NCBI GenBank assembly: GCA_964016885.1
Contig: OZ024741.1
Span: 309,256,001 to 309,320,000 of the forward strand
Direction: 5' to 3'
Length of the DNA: 64,000 nucleotides
Origin: Eledone cirrhosa
Lineage: Eukaryota
In this document: piece after piece, positions 53,745 to 64,000 of the stretch
Position numbering within the stretch: position 1 is the stretch's first letter
Layout of the letters: each line of letters starts with the position of its first letter
Notes under the pieces: model-generated
Told to the model about the DNA's origin: nothing
What the model saw: the letters and a program-made list of their open reading frames with translations, nothing else
Databases searched by the model: none
Position numbers and translations under genes: made by a program

Positions 53745-54099
53745 AAAGCAAGGGTTGGGGGAAGAACGGGGTTGCATGTTCAGGAAGAGGTGTGTGTGGG
53801 GTGGGGTGTAGGTCGGAGTGTGTGTGCGTATAGAGGGGTGGGAGGAGAGGAATCCGGAGGCTGAATGTGTAAATATGTGGTGGAACGCACGTGTGTGTGG
53901 GGTTTAAGCGTGTTGTGGGTGTAGGTGGCGCGTGGGAAAACATTTTGTGGGGTGTGTGTGTGGGTGAGTCAAAAAGGTGATTCCGTAAGAAGATGTTGTG
54001 GAATGGTTGGTAAAATCCTAGGATATATATATATATATATAATTCGTTTTTGAATTTGTTTTGCGAGATTTTTATCTGAAAACTTGTGTTGAAACAGAT

Positions 54100-54454
54100 A
54101 TTGTTATATTTTGGGAGGGCCATGCTGCCAATAAAAACACACCCGCCAGTTGGTTTTCACTTCAATTTATTATAAATATCCGGTTGGTTGGTTCGGTAAC
54201 CGGAGGGTTATTTATATATTGTCAAAGCTCTTTTGTCACACATTCTGTGTCCTCCTCAGTGACTAGGTTTTTATTTTGTGTGTCTCTCCTTTGTTCTGTC
54301 CTACACCATCTTGTTTTTGTGTGCTATGTGTTGTGTGCTTAGTTTGCACATGCGTTACATCCGGGTGTGTGTGTCTGTTGATTTATTTAATTATGTGTAT
54401 ATTTATTTGTTCTATGCGTATGTTTTTATTGGCAACATCGCCTTCCCAAAGTAT

Positions 54455-54460
<6 letters not shown>
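54100..54460. mobile_element. Element with ~40-bp imperfect inverted ends abutting (TA)n
   Basis: ATTGTTATATTTTGGGAGGGCCATGCTGCCAATAAAAAC versus the reverse complement of 54422-54460; MITE or PLE fold-back, undecided. Confidence 0.55.
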
Positions 54461-54552
<92 letters not shown>

Positions 54553-54858
54553 AAAGAATGAAGAATAATATAGTTGGCTGTAAAAAAAGTGTCTATTTAC
54601 AGTATTAACAATTGTTTCATTAATCAGGTGATTAATCACCATGTTATTCTTCATTCTTTTACTATTATTACTCCAAGAACCGCCTGTCTGGGAACTCTGT
54701 TAAACTGGCAACCTGACGAAAGAAACTTCTTGTTGAGTCAAACAACGCCGTACGTTAAAACTATCCTCACCACAGAGTACTCACAACCTCAAGCTGGATT
54801 ACCTTAAATGATACCTTGTTATCCTACATATACATATATATACACACGCACGCACACG

Positions 54859-54968
<110 letters not shown>

Positions 54969-54969
54969 C

Positions 54970-55027
<58 letters not shown>

Positions 55028-55818
55028 ATAATAATAAATTTGAAGACTAAAATCCAAAGAGGGCTCGATAAGAATAAATATATATCAAATATATATGAAC
55101 CGTAGAGCAAATATTTATTAAAATAACAGATTAAAGTTTAAGCAAAGAATCACTGCTTTCACTCTTAACGGGATCTTCTGAAACTAACAAAGTCAATCTG
55201 TCAACGCAGAAGTGAATATTTCAAAAAACGTTGCAACCGGAGGAAGACAGGAAGACGATACTTTGGTTCGTGGAAACGTTCCCTGGCAAAGAATGGGAAA
55301 AAACGAATATAATACGTCATTACACGCAAAGACAAAACCACGTTTATGGTATAAAAGAAGTCGTAGACTAATACAGAACATTTTATACGAAATCACTTTA
55401 GTGTAGATCCCAATAAAGTAATCTAAGAGGAATATTTCACAATCAACTTTCCTTAGGGATATAGTCTTAGTTAAACAACCTTAAGCTAAAAGACTTCACT
55501 AAGTTCCCTTACTGCAGTTTCCATGTTTCCAAGTACATTATGTCAATCGCTATCAAATATCATGCTTTCGCTAAGGTCTTTAGTTACCCATGTTGTTGTG
55601 ACACAGACACCCTTTCTACTGTTCTTCTCTTAAACCAGTGAAACACGAAAGACGTGGCAGTCGGAAGGAGAGGTGATGGTTGAAAGGATGAAAGGCAAAA
55701 CGAAACTCGATGGTATTTGAACTCAGAATGCCGAGACCTGGAACAAATATCTAACGCTCTAACGGCTCTGCCAAATGGACCGCCACACACACACATACAC
55801 ACACACACGCACACACGT

Positions 55819-55896
<78 letters not shown>

Positions 55897-56959
55897 ACAC
55901 ATACACACACACACACACACACCCACACACACACACATGTTGAACTGGCAGTGTCGTTAGAACGTTGGAATGAAGTGCTTTGCAGTATTAGCTCCGGCTC
56001 TCTTCTCTCTCAGTTCAAGTCCCGCTCAGGTCAACCTTGTTTTTCATCTATACGAGATCAATTAAAAAAAAACGTACCTGTCAAGTACTGGGGTCGATTC
56101 TTGCTCTCTATATTTCTCCCACATCCTTTCTCCCACTTTCTATTCTTCTGTGGAAGAAATCTGCTGTACTCAGGCCTAGAGAGGGGATGGGCTCCACCAG
56201 GTTTTAAAATAATACTGTAAGAAATGTCGTACATCAATATGGCGTCCTACTGGTGCCCTGGGTGGGTGATGATGATGGTGGAGGGGTAACATCCCTACAA
56301 TAATATAAATAGGTATTGACGTGGTCGATAGTTTATAGGGGAGCTGATATTGAGAGAGGAGAGGTTGAATTTTATTAGTTCTCTCATCTCTCCACCCCGG
56401 GTTATCCAGAGAAACAAGTGGGGATAAAAATAATGTTCGGACGTGTATAGCCATTAATTTCGTCGAAACATTTGTAATGGAAAATTTCCGAATATATATT
56501 GTTGTAAAAAGCTATTATCCATATTTATTCTTCATTACTCTGCCTGGACCACCAGATGTAATCTGAGATGCTTCAGGATGTTTGAATGATTGCATCGGGA
56601 TACTTTTCGAAGTATCCTACCAGTTACACTGCCCTAACCGGTCGTCTACCTGCATATAATATAATATATAATATAATATAATATAATATAAACTATAATA
56701 AAGTAAGAAGCGCGGGACTGCGTACGGTTTATAATTTTTTATTCCCTTAGTAAAATAAGTTGGATTACTTTGAATAAATAATGAATGAATATTACATAAT
56801 TTATCCACTAAATTTCGTGGCTGTTCATTAAATATATTTTATTACTTATTTAAAGATTCAATTCTTTAAAATTTTCAAATGTCAACACTTCCGGTTAGTG
56901 ATCATTTAAATAAACATTCATATATTTCTGTCACTAATTTTCTCCTAATGCAGTTTATA

Positions 56960-57341
56960 TATAATATCGTCTTTTTTTAATGTATCATGGATTACGTTAC
57001 TGATTACATAAGAGAGTGTAACGCAGACTTCGTTCAATTTCTATGTATTATATATTGCCAATTACGATTTTATTTGATCATATATACTTGCGTATAATAT
57101 CAATATACACTCTACACATGCTAGCAGATATATAATATCGTCTGTTTTTAATGTATCATGGATTATGTTACTGATTACAGAAGACAGTGTAACACAGTTT
57201 TCGTTCAATTTCTGTGTATATTGTCAACTACGATTTTATTTGATGTATCACATCGACATGCATATATACTTGCGTATAATATCAATTATGCACACTACAC
57301 ATGCTAGCAGAAAACCACCCGAACGGTGGTTTTTCTGCTAG
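56960..57341 (+). mobile_element. Helitron-like 3' region with internal ~170-bp tandem duplication
   Basis: Hairpin ACCACC-CGAAC-GGTGGT then TTTTCTG-CTAG|T at 57338-57342; ATAATATCGTCT…CATGCTAGCAGA unit present twice. Confidence 0.55.
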
Positions 57342-57368
57342 TATAATATAATATTATATATATATATA

Positions 57369-57578
57369 TGAAAAGAGTCAGGACCCCGACGGCTGAGCTT
57401 CGGCTGTTTCGACAGCTAGATCCGAACAGATCTAGCCGTTCTAGCTGTCGAAACGGCCGGATTTAAGCCATCGAGGTTCTCACTCTTTTCATATTACCCA
57501 TTACCCACTCTACTACCCTAAGTATTGAGTACTCTGGTATGTTATGGTTCACCTGGTATCTTACCACACCTTCTTTGT
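57369..57578. mobile_element. Fold-back PLE pLTR remnant, 14427 family
   Basis: GACCCCGACGGCTGAGC…TTTCGACAGCTAG followed by inverted CTAGCTGTCGAAACGG…TACCCACTCTACTACCCTAAGTATTGAGTACTC; TA flanks. Confidence 0.85.
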
Positions 57579-57982
57579 TTATATATATATATAATATATG
57601 TATGTGTGTGTGTGTGTGTGTGTGTGTGCGCGTGTGTGCGGGTGCGTGCGGGTGTGTGTGTGTATGTGTGTGTGTGTGTGTGGTAAATGACCGGTAATTT
57701 TTTTTTAAAAGCCTGTACAATGCGGTAGAAACTACGAAGGGCAGATTATGGTAAATGAAACAAAACAAAGTAAAGTAAGTTGTTTCTACTTTAGGCACAA
57801 GGCCAGCAATTACCCAGTGCATTACTGGTACTTTATTTTATCTACCCCGTAAGGATGAAAGGAAAATGAAATTATTATCTATAGACGTTGACTGAGATTG
57901 AAACCCAGCCCAGGTTCTCCACCGTCTCTAATACCTACCATTAGGCCACAAAGTAAAGTAATGTTGTCAAAACTGAAACAGT

Positions 57983-59105
57983 CTAAGATAAAACAAACGA
58001 ACGATTTGTGTTTTCTTTTCTAACTGGTCCTATGTGTTGGAAAAATGTATGCACATACAGTTTCCTCAATGAAGGTCCCGAATGTGCCAGCCGAATATTC
58101 AGTCCCTTCCTACGGATGGCTTGTCTGATGGTAGCTGTTATCTTCTCATTGAAATGTGGCAGCTTTAGGTAGCAAATGTTATCCTTAGGGCCACGTATCT
58201 TTCTTGTTCTTTTACGTGTTGTTACCTTGGCATTTTGATGTTTGGTGAGAGAAGTAGGGCAGTTGTTTTCAGGGAGAGCTCATTCGAATTCCACTCTGCT
58301 GGTATGTCTGTCGCTATCCTCACTGTATCTGTTGCGTATCCGGGAGATCTCATTCTGTATATAGGGTATTTTGGCTCTGTAGGGGAGGACGGAGTCGTGG
58401 TGTACACAAATGTCTCTGCAGGCATCCTTCCTTTAAATTTCGGTGTATATGGATCCCACTTCTTGACTCTTATATAAAGTCGAGAGAGAGAGAGGAGGGG
58501 GGGAAATGTTATGTGTGTGTCTTTGTTTTCCAAAGATATTGTAGACTTTGACAGCTTCTTCGTGTGATGAAGTGAACAAGTGAACATAATGATCTCATCC
58601 ATGTAACTAGAGAAGAAAAAACAAGGGTGGCAGGTGGTGAGTGCTGTGTGCTCCAACTCGTCTATGTACGTGATGGTCAGCTGACCTTAAGGACTCAATC
58701 CCATTGAAAGTCCTGAGATTTCTCTGTTTTCAGAACCCTCAAACTGGAAAAAAAGGTGTTGCACATGACGATAGAGAGCAGTTCGCGGATGTTAGCAGCA
58801 GTGGGCCCAAAACAAGTGATGTCGGTAGAGTCAATGATGTCGTCCGTAATCAAGTCGATGGCAAAGGAAGAGAGAACAAAGGTGTAGAGGAAAACTACGT
58901 CTAAACTAAAGGGGTATCTATTCTGTCCAAGTGTGGTGGGCTCAAGTTCTTTTAGTTTGTTGACTACTTCTTGTGAACTGTATACGTGTCCGGGGGGAAA
59001 TGTGAAGGAGAGGTTTGAGAAGTCTGGAAAGAAGCCAGGAAATTTTATAGAAAGGACCGTTTATACCAGAAATGATGGGTCTAATTTGTCCACGGGGAAA
59101 TATCA
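57983..59105 (-). pseudogene. Decayed Penelope-like reverse transcriptase (second clade)
   Basis: Minus strand IRPIISGINGPFYKISWLLSRLLKPLL, YPFSLDVVFLYT, GLSMGLSP.GQL..TYIDELE, YMDEI, IQNEISRIRNR, YLKLPH…GLNIRLAH; frameshifted; no GIY-YIG seen; clade not determined. Confidence 0.85.
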
Positions 59106-59112
59106 ACGAGGA

Positions 59113-59156
<44 letters not shown>

Positions 59157-59196
59157 AATAAATGTGAGTGGGTAAGTGTGTGGATGTATGTATACG

Positions 59197-59239
<43 letters not shown>

Positions 59240-60059
59240 ATCTGTGGTGCTGAGACCTCTTGGCGCCGCGGTCGGGGTTTTACATATCTCTCTCTCTCTC
59301 TCTCGCTCTCTGTATACACACACACATACACACACACACACAAACATATATATATATATATACCCATACAGGTACATACGCATACTGAACTATGTTCGTC
59401 TCTACCTGTGTTTAATGAACTCAGACAGTTCTTTGAAAGTAGCTACCTTATTATCTACCTGTTGATGATATCGTTTCTCCTTCCTCTCACCTACCACATT
59501 CACCAGTATCACCTAAAACACCTACATCCCCCCTCCCCTCACCTCGTCTGCCCAGAAGCTTTTAAGCAAGGGGTCGGAATGTTGTTGTTATTGTCGTGGT
59601 GGTGATTGTGAAGATGGTAGTGGGGGTGGATGTTTGATATGGTGGGTGGGGCGTACTAGCGAACGAAGTAATCACCACCACTACCACCACCACCATCACC
59701 ACGAACACCACCACCACCACCACCACTAACAACAACAACAACAACAACAACAACAAAGCCTCCGCCACTACTACAACTACGAAGACGAACAACACACCAC
59801 CACCACCACCACCACTACCATCTTTTCTTCCTTTCTTCGTACTACTCTTACTACTCCTCCACCTGAAAGTTTTCCAGTCAATGCAGTGCCGGCAGTGGAG
59901 TGAGAGAAAGAGAGAGAGGATGTGGGGGGGGGGGAATGAGAGAGAGAAAGAGAAAGAGAGAGCGAAAGAGAGAGCATGGGAGAGGGAGAGAAAGAGAGTG
60001 AGTGAGATGAGAAAGTGAAAGGGGGGGAGGTTTTACTTATTTGACGTTCTTGTCGGCTG

Positions 60060-61345
60060 TCACCACCACCACCACCACCACCAACACCACCACCACCACC
60101 ACCACCACCACCAACACCACCACCAACACCACCACCAACACCACCAACACCACCAACACCACCACCACCACCACCAACACCAACACCACCAACACCACCA
60201 CCACCACCACCACCACCACCACCACCAACACCACCACCAACACCACCAACACCACCAACACCACCACCACCACCACCACCAACACCACCACCAACACCAC
60301 CACCAACACCAACACCAACACCACCAACACCACCACCACCACCACCAACACCAACACCACCAACACCACCACCAACACCACCAAAACCACCAGCACCACC
60401 AACACCACCACCACCACCAACACCAACACCAACACCACCACCACCAACACCAACACCAACACCACCACCACCACCACCACCACCACCAACACCAACACCA
60501 ACACCACCACCACCACCAACACCACCAACACCACCGACACCACCACCACCACCACCACCACCAACACCACCACCAACACCAACACCAACACCACCACCAC
60601 CACCACCAACACCACCACCACCACCAACACCACCACCACCACCAACACCACCACCACCACCACCACCACCAACACCAACACCAACACCACCACCACCACC
60701 AACACCACCAACACCAACACCAACACCACCACCACCACCACCACCACCATCACCACCACCACCAACACCACCACCACCACCAACACCACCAACACCACCA
60801 CCACCACCAACACCACCAACACCACCACCAACACCAACACCAACACCACCACCACCACCACCAACACCACCACCACCACCAACACCACCACCACCACCAA
60901 CACCACCACCACCACCACCACCACCAACACCAACACCACCACCACCACCACCACCACCAACACCAACACCAACACCACCACCACCACCAACACCACCACC
61001 ACCACCAACACCACCACCACCACCAACACCACCAACACCACCACCACCACCAACACCACCAACACCACCACCACCACCAACACCAACACCACCACCACCA
61101 ACACCAACACCAACACCAACACCACCAACACCAACACCATCAACACCACCAACACCACCACCACCACCAACACCAACACAACCACCTCCACCACCACCAC
61201 CAACACCAACACCAACACCAACACCACCAACACCAACACCAACACCACCACCACCAACACCAACACCAACACCAACACCACCAACACCAACACCATCAAC
61301 ACCACCACCACCACCACCAACACCACCACCACCACCAACACCATT
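60060..61345. repeat. 1.3-kb (ACC/AAC)n trinucleotide array
   Basis: Almost pure ACC/AAC triplets; poly-Thr/Asn and poly-Val ORFs are by-products. Confidence 0.95.
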
Positions 61346-61490
61346 ACAAGCTGCATTAGAAAGAGGAGTGGCGTAAAATACCTACGTTTACATACATGCA
61401 TTCATACCTACACACACCCACATACACATATATGTACATAGGTACACATATGCATACATATACATACACATATAGATCTATGCAGACATT

Positions 61491-61522
<32 letters not shown>

Positions 61523-61526
61523 TACA

Positions 61527-61572
<46 letters not shown>

Positions 61573-61741
61573 TACAGACACACACACACATACATAGACA
61601 TTTATATGCATACCTACACACATACACACATACACGCATATATGCTTACACACACACACATATACACGTATATATATGTGTGTGCGTGTGTGCGTGTGCG
61701 TGCGTGTGTGTATGCGTGCGTGTGTGTGTGTGTGTGTATGC

Positions 61742-61799
<58 letters not shown>

Positions 61800-61959
61800 C
61801 ACTCCTCACTCTTTCCCACAACTATCAACTACAATAAAGACGACAGCAACAACAATCATCACTATCAACGTAACGGGTATGAAATGTGACACAAAATGCC
61901 TAACTATATTCACCTCACACTCACATGCACCACACACACACTCACATACACACGCCACA

Positions 61960-62068
<109 letters not shown>

Positions 62069-62179
62069 GTGTGTGTGTGTGCGAGTCCCGGGTTCAATCG
62101 GGGGGTAACCACAGTAAGTGATGATTTCCTTCGAATGAAACAGTTCTGGTCCTGTAGAAGTTATTTCTATATTAAATAA

Positions 62180-62217
<38 letters not shown>

Positions 62218-62248
62218 GAGTTTCCACTTTCTTACAAACATTTAAGTG

Positions 62249-62289
<41 letters not shown>

Positions 62290-62292
62290 ATA

Positions 62293-62770
62293 TGTATTTG
62301 TCCCCCTTCTTTTGTGCCCCTGTGGCTAATAAAGAAACATATCTATCTATCTATCTATCTATCAGGATGGAGAGAGAGGTGCTGTACCCCAGCAAGTTTT
62401 ATGAAAGGTGGGTGAAAGTGGCGAGAATGGCCCGAGTGAATGGGCCTTCTCTCTATATCAGCCTGTAGATTGAGGAAAAGGAGGAGGAGAGGAAAGGAGT
62501 ACAAGCTCTTCGTACTCCTGGAGATGAGGGTTGCACATTTTTTTCGGGGGTATGTGTTACCCATATAAACTGTCTCCCTCTATTGGGGAAAATCGACTAA
62601 CTTTTAAATTCCATCTGTGATAACATTTTACACGTTTTTATTGTATGTAAACTTCCCCCTTTGTATTTGTCCCCTTCTTTTGTGCCCCTGTGGCTAATAA
62701 AGAAATATATCTATCTATCTATGTATTTGTCCCCTTCTTTTGTGCCCCTGTGGCTAATAAAGAAACATAT
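62293..62770 (+). mobile_element. Tx1/L1-like family: one 5'-truncated copy (62364-62705) plus two ~45-bp tail-only copies, each in (TATC)n; diverged copy ~48270-48410 (-)
   Basis: Near-identical to the 3' part of 20813-21386; all end GCTAATAAAGAAA(T/C)ATATCTATC. Confidence 0.85.
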
Positions 62771-62889
62771 CTATCTATCTATCTATCTATAGCTGACTAA
62801 CTGGCTAGATAGATAGATAGATTGAGAGAGAGAGAGATAGGGGGAGGAGAAAGAGAGGTAGAAAAAAACGTATATATATATGTATATAG

Positions 62890-62937
<48 letters not shown>

Positions 62938-62959
62938 AAGTATATATATATGTATGTAA

Positions 62960-62999
<40 letters not shown>

Positions 63000-63000
63000 T

Positions 63001-63063
<63 letters not shown>

Positions 63064-63890
63064 ACCTGTATATTATATTTCGTCTGTGACATTCAGCAAT
63101 AGGAGTAGCAATATTTTAATCTATATACCGTGATGAAATAACTGGGGCGTGTATATTTATTTATCTATCTTTTATTTTATTTATTTATCAAATATTTTCT
63201 AACCTTATTCTCGATAGCTTTATATATTTATTTATTTACATTATTTTCGTTACACCTTCCCCTCAGGCCTCTACGCTTCTCCACTCTCCCACCTTTCTCT
63301 CCTTAGTGTTTATTTGTTTGCCTACCTGTCCGATGGTCTGTTTGACTGACTGCCTGTTTGTCCAGCCATGCAAGTCAGTTTGAAGACATTACAATCGGAA
63401 GATGGGACTTAAAAAATCGTTTCTTTCTCCATGCTCACACACACACTCTCACATTCCCTCTTTCTCTCTCTCTCCCCACATACCACCTCTCCGGATCACC
63501 TGTTGTTCCACCTGATTTTTTAAAATTTTATTTGCATGGAACATGTATATATATAAACATATATATACTCACACACATACACATTTGTAGTAGAAAAACA
63601 AAAAACATATATGTACATGTATAGATTCTCACATTAACGCACACGTATATAGCGATATAGATAGATATCTATAGGCGTACTTTTAAAATTTTAATTTCGT
63701 GAAAAGTATATCAACTTATATAAACACATATTACAAAATTACACGCCGCGTATACCTTGTATTAGAAAAAAAGTGTGTGTGTTTATATACATCATATATA
63801 TAGATATATTTATACACACTTATTTTTTTTAATAAGTATATAAACATACATAACTCCCAGAAACTCATACACAGACTCATATATATATAT

Positions 63891-63930
<40 letters not shown>

Positions 63931-64000
63931 CGTACATATAATATACATACATACAATATATATAGATACGTACATACATTATATATACATACTATATATA

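Noticed and set aside
60037-61441. Mucin-like poly-Thr (466 aa) and poly-Val ORFs
   Set aside because: Nearly all codons are ACC/AAC with no synonymous variation, signal peptide or clear exon context; this is a microsatellite.

Overview
AT-rich, repeat-saturated eukaryotic DNA. The SINE families and the extreme (TA)n/(CA)n/(TATC)n/(CATA)n load resemble octopus/cephalopod genomic DNA; this taxon call is an inference. I found no convincing host protein-coding exon. Nearly all listed ORFs are microsatellite read-throughs or decayed retroelement frames, so the window is probably intronic or intergenic. Contents: (i) Many Penelope-like element (PLE) remnants sit in (TA)n tracts, mostly as fold-back palindromes. 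They carry at least 6-7 sequence-unrelated type I hammerhead ribozyme (HHR) folds, including two independent families with the rare U3:A8 core (UUGAAAA) and one with U4A. (ii) Two complete copies of a ~2 kb non-coding LTR element have 4-bp TSDs and a tRNA-Trp primer-binding site extending ~32 nt, with its only mismatch at the m1A58 position. (iii) There are decayed LINEs of RTE, CRE, R4/Dong and Tx1/L1 type, several tied to a specific microsatellite. (iv) There are also tRNA-derived SINEs, piggyBac/hAT/Tc1-pogo MITEs, Helitron ends and minisatellites. All alignments, folds and family assignments were made by eye; no database searches were run.
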